In this document: in pieces, positions 18,540-28,919 of the stretch
Layout: each line of letters starts with the position of its first letter
How positions within the stretch are numbered: the first letter of the stretch is position 1
Assembly: GCA_963734885.1 (NCBI GenBank)
Contig: CAVTIJ010000008.1
Span: forward strand, 129,693 to 193,692
Direction of reading: 5' to 3'
Source of the DNA: an uncultured Bacteroidales bacterium
Lineage (GTDB): Bacteria > Bacteroidota > Bacteroidia > Bacteroidales > VadinHA17
Length of the DNA stretch: 64,000 nucleotides
The notes under the pieces: model-generated
What the model saw: the letters and a program-made list of their open reading frames with translations, nothing else
Databases searched by the model: none
What the model was told of the DNA's origin: nothing
Program-made: the position numbers and the translations under genes

Positions 18540-20333
18540 CTACTTTTTGAAATATTCTGTTAAAACTGCACTTTTTGCTGTGCCAACCAGCTTTTTTAGT
18601 TCCTCTGGCGACGCGTCCTTAATTTTCTCAGCTGACTCGAAATGCTTAAGAAGAATTTCTTTTGTCTTCGGTCCGATTCCTTTTATCTGATCGAGATCTG
18701 ATTTTATCATTTCGGAGGAACGCTTATCGCGATGAAAATTTATACCGAACCTGTGAGCTTCATTTCTGAGATGCTGGATAATTTTCAGACTTATTGAATT
18801 TTTATCGAGATAAATAGGAACACTGTCTCCCGGGAAATAAATTTCTTCAAGTTTTTTTGCGATCCCGATTACGGTTATCTTTTCCCTGAGTTGAAGTTTA
18901 TCGAGACTTTTCATTGCGGATGAAAGCTGTCCTTTCCCTCCGTCTATTATGACAAGCTGGGGCAATTTTTGATTTTCATCTATCATTCTGTGGTAACGCC
19001 TGTATACTATTTCTTCCATCGAAGAAAAATCATCGGGTCCTGTCACTGTTTTAATATTAAAATGCCGGTATTCATTTTTGCTCGGCCTCGCATTTCTGAA
19101 CACTACACATGCAGCAACAGGATTTGAACCCATAATGTTTGAGTTGTCAAAACATTCAATATGTACAGGCAAGTCGGGCATATGGAGATCATTTTTCAGT
19201 TTTTCGAGGTTCTTGCCTGTTCTGACCTGAGGTGAATGCTCCATCCGGCTTTTCTTCTGTTCAAGTTTATAGTAGATGGCATTGCGCTCAGCAAGTTCCA
19301 GAAGTTTTTGTTTTTCGCCGGCTTTAGGCACTGTATAAGTGACCTTATCAAGAAGCAGATCGGGCATAAAAGGAACAATTATTTCAGGCGAATCGCTGGC
19401 AAATCTTTGCCTGATTTCAGTGATTGCAAAACCGAGGATTGATTCTGTTTCTTCCTCTACCCTTATTTTCAATTCTACTGTAAATGCCTGTATTATAGAT
19501 CCTTGAACTACTTTAAGATAGTTTACATATGCATTATCCGATTCCTGGGTAAAGGCGAAAACATCTACGTTTCTGATACTATTGCTAACCACAGTAGACC
19601 GGCTCCTGAATTTCGACAGAATATCAATCTTTTCCTTTACAGCCTGTGCCTCTTCAAACCTTAGTTCTGAAGAGTATTTCTTCATATCTCTCTTCAGGTG
19701 ATCGATCACTCCCGAGATATTTCCTTTTAAAATATCTTTTATCTGGTTAATATTCTCCAGATGCTCACTTTCAGGCTGATTCCCAACGCATGGACCTTTG
19801 CAGTTCCCAAGATGGTACTCAAGGCATACTTTATATTTTCCCGATTCAATATTTGACTGCGAAAGATTAAGAGTACAGGTTCTGATTTTATATAACGGCC
19901 TGATGAAGCTAATCAATGTCTTAACCATCAGAGCGGAGGTATAAGGACCAAAATACAAAGATCCGTCCCTTACCGGATTTCTTGTACTGAACACCCTTGG
20001 AAAAGGCTCATTTTTTATGCAAATCCATGGAAATGTCTTATCGTCCTTAAGGAGTATATTATACCTGGGTTGATGTCGTTTAATAAGATTGTTCTCAAGT
20101 AAAAGTGCATCTGATTCATTGTCTACAACGATATGCCTGATATCGGATGTTTTCCGGAGCAGTGCGACTGTTTTTCCCGACTGATTTTTCGAGAAATATG
20201 ATGTAACTCTTTTCTTCAGGTTCTTGGCTTTTCCAATATAAATGGTCACCCCTGCAGCGTCAATAAACTGATATATTCCTGGATTATCAGGAATGGAAGA
20301 CAGAATTGCTTTAAATTTTTCGTCGGCCGCCAT
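18540..20333 (-). CDS. uvrC: Excinuclease ABC subunit C
   Basis: GIY-YIG domain (PGIY..IYIGKAKNL), CFDNS, IDGGKGQ and C-terminal HhH. Confidence 0.97.
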   Translation of the reverse strand: MAADEKFKAILSSIPDNPGIYQFIDAAGVTIYIGKAKNLKKRVTSYFSKNQSGKTVALLRKTSDIRHIVVDNESDALLLENNLIKRHQPRYNILLKDDKTFPWICIKNEPFPRVFSTRNPVRDGSLYFGPYTSALMVKTLISFIRPLYKIRTCTLNLSQSNIESGKYKVCLEYHLGNCKGPCVGNQPESEHLENINQIKDILKGNISGVIDHLKRDMKKYSSELRFEEAQAVKEKIDILSKFRSRSTVVSNSIRNVDVFAFTQESDNAYVNYLKVVQGSIIQAFTVELKIRVEEETESILGFAITEIRQRFASDSPEIIVPFMPDLLLDKVTYTVPKAGEKQKLLELAERNAIYYKLEQKKSRMEHSPQVRTGKNLEKLKNDLHMPDLPVHIECFDNSNIMGSNPVAACVVFRNARPSKNEYRHFNIKTVTGPDDFSSMEEIVYRRYHRMIDENQKLPQLVIIDGGKGQLSSAMKSLDKLQLREKITVIGIAKKLEEIYFPGDSVPIYLDKNSISLKIIQHLRNEAHRFGINFHRDKRSSEMIKSDLDQIKGIGPKTKEILLKHFESAEKIKDASPEELKKLVGTAKSAVLTEYFKK

Positions 20334-20410
20334 CTGGATTGAAGAATTTTATGCAAAGATAGTGAATGTCCTACTTCTGATATAAATTTAAATATGATTG
20401 TGATTTATCG

Positions 20411-20441
20411 CTCCTTTAGGGGAGATGTCGCGCAGCGACAG
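20411..20441. repeat. Short REP-like double hairpin
   Basis: CTCCTTTAGGGGAG followed by TGTCGCGCAGCGACA. Confidence 0.5.
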
Positions 20442-20456
20442 TTACAGACAGATTTT

Positions 20457-22072
20457 TTAAACAAACAACGACACCGGCTGGAATTTCTTGACATCAAATA
20501 ATCCACTGTCCCCTATTTTCAAGTCAGGAATAACAAGGAGAGCCATAAATGAAAGTGTCATAAAAGGAGCTTTCATTGAACATCCGAGTTTATTTACGAG
20601 CTGATTCAGATTTTCATATTCATCGGCAATTTCTTCGCAAGAGCGGGTTGTCATTATACCAGCAATATCAAGCCTGACAGACTCAAGGTCTTCCCCCGAT
20701 GAAACAGCAATACCGCCTTTTAAAGTTATGATCCGGTTAATAGTTTCAACAATATTTTTATCTTCTACTCCTACGGCAATTATATTATGACTGTCGTGCG
20801 CTATTGAACTTGCAAAGGCGCCTGTTTTAGTCCGAATCCCTTAATAAATCCAACCGCAGGAGGCAAATCACGATACCGGTCCTTTACCACGATTTTTAAA
20901 ATATCGTGCTTAGCATCTGAGCTCACAAATTCTGAGTCGCCCGAATTAACAATAATCTCACCTGTAAGAAGCTCTCCTTCTGCAGCTGTTATTATTCTTA
21001 TGTCACCATTCTTGTTTTGAACCTGAATATCTTTCTCAGTTACCAGACAGCAATTGAAGTTGTTTACTGCTTCTCCGGGTTTATAATCGAAAAGCACCCT
21101 GCCATTATCAAAGACTTTAACGCCTTTTATCCAGGTCTCACTTACATTCATCTTATCAAGACTGTCAACAAGAATAAAATCTGCGCTATCACCGGATCTG
21201 AGCAAACCCATATCAAGTTTATAATGTTCCACGGGATTAACTGTCGAACTTCTCAAAACATCAAAAACATCATAACCCTCGGAGATCAGTCTGGCGATTA
21301 ATTTATTAATATGTCCTGCCCTAAGCATTTCAGGATGCAGATCATCGCTGCAGAGCATTACTTTATCGGGGTTTGTCCTGTATAATTCTTTAAGTGCATT
21401 CAGATTCTTGGCAGCACTGCCCTCTCGTATCAGTATCTTCATTCCGAGTGCAATTTTCTCCTCAGCTTCTTTCAGGTTGCTGCATTCATGATCAGTTGAA
21501 ATACCTGCTGCAACATATTTTTTTAATGAATTACCACTCAGTCCGGGTGCATGTCCATCAATTGGCTTCCCAAGCTTCCTTGCACAATCGAGTTTTTTCA
21601 CGACCTCTTCATCATCATAAATAACTCCCGGAAAGTTCATCATTTCCGACAGGTATTTTATCTCGTCCATTTCCAGAAGCATCTCTACTTGTTCATGATC
21701 CAGGATTGCGCCGTTACTTTCAAAACTTGTAGCCGGTACGCAGGAGGGCGCGCCAAAGTAAAAGTTTAGAGGTACTTTTTTTGCATCGTCAATCATGAAC
21801 TCCACACCTTTTATTCCCAAAACATTTGCAATCTCATGCGGATCTGACACTGTCCCACATGTTCCATGTTTAACTGCCATTTTTGCAAATGCCCCTGGTG
21901 TAACCATCGAACTTTCGATATGAATATGTGAATCTATAAGTCCGGGTAAAATAAAATCTCCCAGAGCTTTATCGGTTCTCTCAATACTTTTTATCCTTCC
22001 TTCCAGAACTTCCACAACTGCAGGAAATATTTTTCTTGAATGAACATCAACCAGTTGTCCGGAAATTTTCAT
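20457..22072 (-). CDS. ade: Adenine deaminase, split by an apparent 1-nt frameshift near 20825
   Basis: DSHIHIESS, DPHEIANV, EMMNFPG, DHE and IREGSAAKN motifs. Adding one A in CTAAAACAGG restores GAFASSIAHDSHN and joins the C-terminal PFMTLSFMALLVIP ORF. Confidence 0.92.
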
Positions 22073-22099
22073 AAATTTATTTTTAATTTAAAAAATAAT

Positions 22100-22115
22100 T
22101 GTTCCACGTGGAACA
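22100..22115. promoter_or_regulatory. parS site (perfect palindrome)
   Basis: TGTTCCACGTGGAACA abutting the mnmG stop codon; fits the TGTTNCACGTGNAACA consensus. Confidence 0.9.
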
Positions 22116-23990
22116 TTATCTTCCGAGGTACATTAGTAAAATATTGATGTCCGATGGTGAGACTCCGCTTATGCGTCCGGCCTGTCCAATATTTACAGGC
22201 TTTATCTTGCTCAGCTTTTGTCTGCCTTCGGTAGAAATAGAAACCAATTCATTAAAATTTACATCTTTCGGTATCTTCAGATTTTCCAGTCTTTTGATCT
22301 TATCAGCAACAGTTTTCTCCCGCTGGATGTACCCCTCATATTTGATTTTAATCTCAGCCGACTCTGTAACCTCCCGGAACCGATCAGAGTTAAATACCTT
22401 CAGTTTTTCTCCTCCCTTTATTTCTTTCAATAGAGATCCTATTTCTATCTGAGGTCTGGCTGCAATATTTATTGCCTTAATCTTTTGTACTATATTATTA
22501 GTGCCTGCCTTTCCCAGGAATTCATTTATCTCATCAGGGTTTACACTTGTTGCAGAAAGAAAATCAATGATTTCTCTGGACATCTCTTCCTTCTCTTCAA
22601 GATGCGTCACTCTGTCAATTTTTGCAGTTCCGATTTCAAAAGCCTTTCTTGTCAGTCGTTCATCGGCATTATCCTGCCGCAAAAGTATTCTGTATTCCGC
22701 TCTAGATGTAAACATTCTGTAAGGCTCGTCAACACCCTTTGTTACCAGATCATCTATCAGGACTCCAATATACGATTCTTCTCTTCCAAGTATCATTGGT
22801 TCCTGATCCCGCATTTTCAGTACAGAATTAATTCCCGCCATCAACCCTTGAGCTGCAGCTTCCTCATATCCTGTCGTACCATTGATCTGCCCGGCGAAAT
22901 ACAGGTTTTTTATTGTTTTAGTTTCGAGCGTATGTGTGAGCTGAGTAGGTTGAAAAAAATCATACTCTATTGCATAACCGGGCCTGAACATTTCTACCCT
23001 CTCTAAACCCTTTACTTTCCGTAAAGCCTTTAATTGTACTTCAAGAGGCAGACTACTCGAAAATCCATTTATATAATATTCAATTGTATCCTCACCTTCA
23101 GGTTCGATAAAAAGCTGATGCGATGTTTTATCTTTAAAAGTTACGACTTTGTCCTCAATGCTCGGACAGTATCTCGGGCCCCTTCCTTTTATCCTTCCTG
23201 TAAACAGAGGACTGTATTGTAGTCCTTTTCTTATCTCTTCATGAACTTCCTCATTCGTATGAGTTATATAACAGCTTTTCTGCGAAAGTGCATTTTTCTC
23301 TTCCTGCAGATAAGAAAAAGTTTCACCTTCATCATCACCCAATTGTTCTGTCATCTCGCAAAAGTCAATCGATCTGCCATCAACCCGTGCGCTGGTTCCT
23401 GTTTTCATTCTTTCAACAGAGAATCCCAGTTGTTCAAGTTGCTCACTTAATCCGGTTGACGCCTGTTCTCCCGATCTTCCTCCTGTTATATTTGTAAAAC
23501 CTATATGCATCAATCCATTCAAAAAAGTCCCATTTGTAAGGATGACTCCTTTTGAATAAAACCTTGTACCAAATGAAGTTTCAACACCCGTCACTTTCAT
23601 ATCTTCCAGTAACAGGGATTTGGCTTGTTCCTGCCAGATATAAAGATTCTCAGTTCTTTCAAGCACTTTCCTCCATTCAATAGTAAACTTCTGACGATCG
23701 CATTGCGCTCTTGGACTCCACATTGCTGGTCCTTTTGATTTGTTAAGCATCCGGAACTGAATCATACTTCTGTCAGTAACTATCCCGCTCATCCCTCCCA
23801 TTGCATCAATTTCTCTTACTATCTGTCCCTTTGCGATGCCACCCATAGCAGGGTTGCACGACATCTGCGCCAGCTTTGTCATATCCATTGTAATCAGGAG
23901 TGTCTTTGCTCCCATTGTTGCCGAAGCATGTGCTGCTTCACAACCGGCATGACCACCTCCAACGACTATTATATCATATTGAAAATCCAT
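22116..23990 (-). CDS. mnmG: tRNA U34 carboxymethylaminomethyl modification enzyme MnmG/GidA
   Basis: GGGHAG, MSCNPAMGG, GPRYCPSIEDK and AGQINGTTGYEEAA motifs. Confidence 0.98.
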   Translation of the reverse strand: MDFQYDIIVVGGGHAGCEAAHASATMGAKTLLITMDMTKLAQMSCNPAMGGIAKGQIVREIDAMGGMSGIVTDRSMIQFRMLNKSKGPAMWSPRAQCDRQKFTIEWRKVLERTENLYIWQEQAKSLLLEDMKVTGVETSFGTRFYSKGVILTNGTFLNGLMHIGFTNITGGRSGEQASTGLSEQLEQLGFSVERMKTGTSARVDGRSIDFCEMTEQLGDDEGETFSYLQEEKNALSQKSCYITHTNEEVHEEIRKGLQYSPLFTGRIKGRGPRYCPSIEDKVVTFKDKTSHQLFIEPEGEDTIEYYINGFSSSLPLEVQLKALRKVKGLERVEMFRPGYAIEYDFFQPTQLTHTLETKTIKNLYFAGQINGTTGYEEAAAQGLMAGINSVLKMRDQEPMILGREESYIGVLIDDLVTKGVDEPYRMFTSRAEYRILLRQDNADERLTRKAFEIGTAKIDRVTHLEEKEEMSREIIDFLSATSVNPDEINEFLGKAGTNNIVQKIKAINIAARPQIEIGSLLKEIKGGEKLKVFNSDRFREVTESAEIKIKYEGYIQREKTVADKIKRLENLKIPKDVNFNELVSISTEGRQKLSKIKPVNIGQAGRISGVSPSDINILLMYLGR

Positions 23991-24414
23991 AATCCTTTGA
24001 CTTTAGTGAATCCAACCAGTAATCCTCCTTCTCCCTCATTTCAATCTTTTCCTCTTCACTTTTATCATTATATCCTAACAGATGTAAAACGCCATGAATT
24101 AATACACGCAATAATTCTGCTTCTAAACTAACATTATAGTTTAGCGCATTTTCTTTTACTCTATCCAGGCTTATATAAACTTCACCGTTGATTACATCCG
24201 CTTCATTATAATTAAAGGTAATAACATCGGTATAGTAATCATGTTCGAGAAATTCAATATTAATTTCCTTCAGATGCTCATCAGTGGTAATTATGAAATT
24301 AAGATTCCCGGATGTTTTATGTTCACTGGCGATTATCTCCCTGATTATCTCCTTTGCTTTTCGCGAGTTTTTAAGCCTGAAGACCGTTTCATCATAGAAT
24401 ATTCTGATACTCAA
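23974..24414 (-). CDS. ybeY: rRNA maturation endoribonuclease YbeY
   Basis: TDVITF and HGVLHLLGYND motifs. Confidence 0.95.
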   Translation of the reverse strand: MSIRIFYDETVFRLKNSRKAKEIIREIIASEHKTSGNLNFIITTDEHLKEINIEFLEHDYYTDVITFNYNEADVINGEVYISLDRVKENALNYNVSLEAELLRVLIHGVLHLLGYNDKSEEEKIEMREKEDYWLDSLKSKDYGFSI

Positions 24415-24815
24415 GATAAAATATTCTTAAATGTCATTGTTACTGAATTTCCCCTTTCACTATATTCAATTTTGTCAGCAAGGTGCGACATAAGATAAAT
24501 ACCGCGCCCGTTCAGGGCTTCAATATTTTCGGGAGTTGTGGGATCCGGTACCTTTTCAGGCCTGAAACCAGGGCCTTCATCAGTGACGGTTATATTCAGC
24601 TGATCACAATTATATGAAATCTCAATATCAACAATTTTCTGAGGGTCCAGATGATTTCCATGCAATATTGCATTATTAACCGCTTCCATGGCGGATACCA
24701 TAATCTTACCGTAATTATCCTGAGAAATACCTATGACAGCAGTCGCCTCATCAATTGCATTTTCTACAATCCTTAAGTTCCCTACTTCAGATTCAATTCT
24801 GATCTTTTTATACAT
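24411..24815 (-). CDS. RsbW-like anti-sigma factor / HATPase_c protein
   Basis: EAVNNAILHG, DEGPGF and GRGIYLM motifs. Confidence 0.88.
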   Translation of the reverse strand: MYKKIRIESEVGNLRIVENAIDEATAVIGISQDNYGKIMVSAMEAVNNAILHGNHLDPQKIVDIEISYNCDQLNITVTDEGPGFRPEKVPDPTTPENIEALNGRGIYLMSHLADKIEYSERGNSVTMTFKNILS

Positions 24816-24872
24816 AACTAATTAACTGCCAACCCTTATACTTAAATATTCCAAATATGTTACATAAATCAA

Positions 24873-26054
24873 TCAGTTTTTTGAAATCCACAACTCCGGA
24901 TCTAATTTTTCCTTTTCCTCGAATATCATAAACTTCAGAATTGATTTATTTCCATTATCAGTTTCGCAAAAAACGTTTCCAATTTCCTGCTTAGTACCAA
25001 CCTTGTCGCCGGGTTTGACTTTCAAATCTACGATATTTTGATAAACTGAAAGATATTTCCCGTGTCTTATAATCACTGTCATGTTTGCCCCTTCAATAAA
25101 AAATACCTTGGCAACCTCTCCCTTGAAAACGCTTCTCACAGCGGTTTTCCCCAGACTTGTGATTTCGATCCCTATATTGTTTTCAGTCACATACTTAAGT
25201 ACAGGATGCTTCTGTATTCCAAATTGACTTGTAATGATGCCCCGGTCAACCGGCCATGGCAACCTGCCCTTATTTTCTGCAAAATTTTCTCCTATAAGCT
25301 TCTGCTCAGGTGTATTATCCGATTTAATTACTTTCTTTCTTTCTTCTTCAAGAATCCGTGCTATTTCTTTTTCAATCTTCCCGGCAATCTTTTTTTTCTC
25401 TTCAAGATCCTTCTTCAATTGCTTTTCTTTCTTGCTTAACGATTTAACCATCTGCTGCTTTCTGTCCTGTTCAGACTGCAAAAGATATTTTTGTTGTTCT
25501 TCTTTTGATTTTAAAACTGAAATCCTATCCAGGTCATTCTGTAAACGGTTTTTTGTTGCCTGTATCTGTTCCTTAAGTTCCATTATAGTTTCAGCCTCCC
25601 TCCGTCTGAATTTTGTAACCTGCTGCAGATATTTTAAACGTTTATACCCCTGATTAAAGTCTTTCGCCGATAGTATATATACCAGTTCAGGATTCTCTTT
25701 CTTCGATTTATATGAATTTACAACAGCGCGGGCATAATCCTTTTTCAATTCAATCAAATCGCTTTCCATCATATCTATTGCGATTGTATTCAGATCTATC
25801 CTGTCTGTTACAAGATTTATTTCATCCCTCATTCCCCGTATAACTGATTCCCTTAAATTAAGTTTGTTACCTATAATTTTAATTTCATTCATGCTCTCCT
25901 CCCTTTTCTTAGTAGTGGATTTGAGCATATTATCTACATAATTAATTTCATTAAGCGTAGAATTCCTTCTTTGCTCCAATTCAGCTTTTGTCTGGGCTGC
26001 TGAGTTGTAAAATACAATAAAACATAAAATACAGCCAAGGATCACCTGTCTCAT
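24873..26054 (-). CDS. envC: Murein hydrolase activator EnvC family (coiled coil plus degenerate M23 domain)
   Basis: Signal peptide, long coiled coil, KGRLPWPV, IIRHG; no HxxxD zinc motif. Confidence 0.85.
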   Translation of the reverse strand: MRQVILGCILCFIVFYNSAAQTKAELEQRRNSTLNEINYVDNMLKSTTKKREESMNEIKIIGNKLNLRESVIRGMRDEINLVTDRIDLNTIAIDMMESDLIELKKDYARAVVNSYKSKKENPELVYILSAKDFNQGYKRLKYLQQVTKFRRREAETIMELKEQIQATKNRLQNDLDRISVLKSKEEQQKYLLQSEQDRKQQMVKSLSKKEKQLKKDLEEKKKIAGKIEKEIARILEEERKKVIKSDNTPEQKLIGENFAENKGRLPWPVDRGIITSQFGIQKHPVLKYVTENNIGIEITSLGKTAVRSVFKGEVAKVFFIEGANMTVIIRHGKYLSVYQNIVDLKVKPGDKVGTKQEIGNVFCETDNGNKSILKFMIFEEKEKLDPELWISKN

Positions 26055-26812
26055 AGCAACTCAATTAATTCGTAACCCTTACCAGGTACAAAACTTATAT
26101 TTCCGCTCCATGGTGACTGCACTTTCAGAATCTTAATCTTTACCGTGATACCATATACATTATCATCAAACTCAATTTTCCGCGGAATAAGTCCATTTCC
26201 AGCATTAAAGTAATTGGCAAAAATGATGTTAAGACCTTCTTTGTTGATTCCTCTTATTTGATTAACAGTGAGTAATTTACGTTTTTTACAATCGATACTA
26301 TAGCTTAACGGAACTCCATTCAGCTGGCAATCAATTGTAAACTTGTCTTCAATACATTTAACTGCAGATGTTCTGCACTTCTTATCCAAAAGCATATCAC
26401 CAAAGATAAGAGGAAGAAAACTTTGAGAAAGCCCATATTTTCTCTGAAGATAAACTGACGTTCCATAATACAGCTTCCTGTTTATCCTGTCATTCATTTT
26501 AATACTGTCACCCGATATATAAATACGAGCTCCTTCAATGCCAGTCCTGCTCCTGACGCTAATCAGATATTTGTCAGGTTTCTCGAACTTGATGTTGGCT
26601 GTGAACTTATCGTTACCAGCCGAAGAAATGGTTTCAATTTCAGCCTTTTGAATAAAAAATCCACTATTTGTAATGTTTTGATATTCCGTGCTTTCGAAAA
26701 TATTTCCACTGATACTTGCAGGTAAATCAGGTACTGTTTTCCCATTGTTTTTAAAAACAGAACAACCTCCAAATAAAATTCCCAGAAGAAGTATTCTAAC
26801 TATTTTCCGCAA
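26051..26812 (-). CDS. DUF4292 family lipoprotein
   Basis: Lipobox (GGC), GIEGARIYI motif, and the usual position between the TPR gene and envC. Confidence 0.7.
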   Translation of the reverse strand: MRKIVRILLLGILFGGCSVFKNNGKTVPDLPASISGNIFESTEYQNITNSGFFIQKAEIETISSAGNDKFTANIKFEKPDKYLISVRSRTGIEGARIYISGDSIKMNDRINRKLYYGTSVYLQRKYGLSQSFLPLIFGDMLLDKKCRTSAVKCIEDKFTIDCQLNGVPLSYSIDCKKRKLLTVNQIRGINKEGLNIIFANYFNAGNGLIPRKIEFDDNVYGITVKIKILKVQSPWSGNISFVPGKGYELIELL

Positions 26813-28527
26813 TTTTCAATTTCTTTTAATAATTCAGTTTTTGTACTGTCGAGCTTCAAAGCAGTGTTCCAGTTTACGACTGCCTCAGAACATTTCTTTT
26901 CTTTCTGAAGGATATACCCGTAATGTTCATACCACACAGCATCGGGTTTGTCGCCACTCTTTATTATTTCTTCAAAAACTTTCGCCGCCTCCTGCAGTTT
27001 ACCACGTTTATACAAAACCCATCCGTATGTGTCAAGAAAAGTAGTGTTTCCTTTATCCATTTCTGTAGCTCTTTTCGACATTTCTTCTGCCTCTTTGAGC
27101 CTGGTATTTTGTTGTGCAAGATAATAGGCATAATTATTGATTACAGTAACATCATCCTTGTTGTTTTTTAACGCCTGATCGAATGTTTCAAATGATTTAG
27201 CATAATCTTTCATCCTGTAATAGACATCTGCTCTCATTGTAAGTACCTGACTCAGAGAATCCTTATTGTTTCCGGCCAGGATTTCGGCCTTTTTCAATTC
27301 ATCAATCGCAATTGAATATTTTCCTGTTTCAAGAGCTGCATTGGCATAAAGCAATTTTGCTGTAAAAGATGTGTTAAACCTTGTTGCGCATTCTTCACCC
27401 CTTGATAATAACTTATTAAAATCTTTATTTTGAAGATAAACGAAAAGAAGCTTCTCCCAGGCATAGTAGTTATCGGGAATTGCTTTGACTATTTCTTCTA
27501 ATCTTTGAGCTGCTTCATCAAGCTTATTTTCTTTAATCAATAATTCAGGCCGTAATAATGGGATAATATTATCACTATTATAATTTGCTTCCAGTACCAG
27601 CAATGAAATTGCAAGCTTGTCCATTGACTCCTTTTTAAGATCCGGCAGTTCAATGATACGGCCCATCAGTGAGATCTTACTGTCTCTGTCAACATTATTG
27701 TTCAATAATACAGTATTAAGGTACAAAAACAACTCGTCATAATTCTTTTGCCTGATCAGAAAGTCACAGAGAGCGAGCTGAATCTGAGCGTTATCCGGAT
27801 TATTTTCCAAAAGGTTATTGTAAACTTCCAAAGCTTTTCCGTTTTCTCCTTTTTCCTGATAAATTTCAGCAAGGATACCGTTATACAAAATTTCCTCCGG
27901 AAATTCTTTCAGCAAGGCTTTAGTCTTTTCCAAAGCATCATCCAGTTTTCCCTCTGCCATCCGGTTTTTAATCGAAGAAAGCGTCGATTTTTCATTCACT
28001 CCATACTTATTATCAAAAGAATCAAAAATTGTATTTGCTTCTTCATATTTCTTATCCTCAGAATAAAGGTTTCCAAGAGTCAGCTGCAGATCTTCATTTT
28101 CCGGATACAACTTAGCAGCCTTTTGATAATAAATTATAGAACTATCCAGATTTTTCTCCTGATAATAAAGTCCCGCAATCATTGTGAGATACCATATATT
28201 ATCACCATCGACCGATAATGCTTTCAGGGCATATTCCTTTCCACTTTTTATATCCCCGTTTGCAATTACGATCTGAGCCATTTCATAATAAGCCGCATCA
28301 CTTTCAGGATTAATTTTAAGGCACTGTTCAAAATATTTCAGAGCATCGCCTCCATTTCCAAGTAACTTTTGCTTAATGGCTTCAACATAAAGTTCATTAT
28401 AAGCCGCAGAGTCATAATCATTTACAGCTAAATACTTTGTTTCTGACGGAGCGAGTCTTTTACCGCATGATAAAAAACTCAAAATTAGAAAAGCAAAAAA
28501 ACCTAAATAGTATTTATATGATCTCAT
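26800..28527 (-). CDS. Tetratricopeptide-repeat lipoprotein
   Basis: LSC lipobox; many TPRs; NNYAYYLA and FLDTYGWVLY motifs. Confidence 0.9.
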   Translation of the reverse strand: MRSYKYYLGFFAFLILSFLSCGKRLAPSETKYLAVNDYDSAAYNELYVEAIKQKLLGNGGDALKYFEQCLKINPESDAAYYEMAQIVIANGDIKSGKEYALKALSVDGDNIWYLTMIAGLYYQEKNLDSSIIYYQKAAKLYPENEDLQLTLGNLYSEDKKYEEANTIFDSFDNKYGVNEKSTLSSIKNRMAEGKLDDALEKTKALLKEFPEEILYNGILAEIYQEKGENGKALEVYNNLLENNPDNAQIQLALCDFLIRQKNYDELFLYLNTVLLNNNVDRDSKISLMGRIIELPDLKKESMDKLAISLLVLEANYNSDNIIPLLRPELLIKENKLDEAAQRLEEIVKAIPDNYYAWEKLLFVYLQNKDFNKLLSRGEECATRFNTSFTAKLLYANAALETGKYSIAIDELKKAEILAGNNKDSLSQVLTMRADVYYRMKDYAKSFETFDQALKNNKDDVTVINNYAYYLAQQNTRLKEAEEMSKRATEMDKGNTTFLDTYGWVLYKRGKLQEAAKVFEEIIKSGDKPDAVWYEHYGYILQKEKKCSEAVVNWNTALKLDSTKTELLKEIENCGK

Positions 28528-28529
28528 AT

Positions 28530-28700
28530 TTACAAATTACCTGTATTTTCAAATCCTCCTCCTTCTGAATTAAATTGAGTCTGACAGCTTCTTAAGCGTT
28601 CTCTATCTGACTTTCTTTCCAGTCTTTTATAACGAAGTTTTCATTCGATAAGTTCATAAATGTTACACAAACTTTGTCACAATAGTCCTGCCGGAAGAGG
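28530..28700 (-). pseudogene. dut: Degenerate dUTPase remnant
   Basis: Minus strand reads DYCDKVCVTFMNLSNENFVIKD, like dUTPase DYRGEI.VIL.NLS.E.F.I.DG. After a stop and frameshift comes GGGFENTGNL*, like motif V GGFGHTG. It ends 2 nt before the TPR ATG, where dut normally lies. Confidence 0.72.
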
Positions 28701-28919
28701 ATGCTTTGACTTGTGTATTCCTTATATTATAAATTTAAAATTTGAAGAAATTAAAGAACCAATTGACAAATATACTGCTAAAGCCTTTACCAATACATTT
28801 CTATGGATGAATTGGCTAAAATAATACAATTTGAAAATCAATATTTTCAGTAATGCTCAAAGTTAAATATCTTTGCAGACACATTTACAGTGTTTTTCGT
28901 AACCAATTTAATAAGCTTC

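Noticed and set aside
22099-23497. Several plus-strand ORFs, including one starting MFHVEH
   Set aside because: They are antisense shadows of mnmG; MFHVEH is simply the parS palindrome translated.
24873-25300. Missing zinc ligands in the M23 domain as a novelty
   Set aside because: A degenerate LytM domain is the normal state for EnvC.
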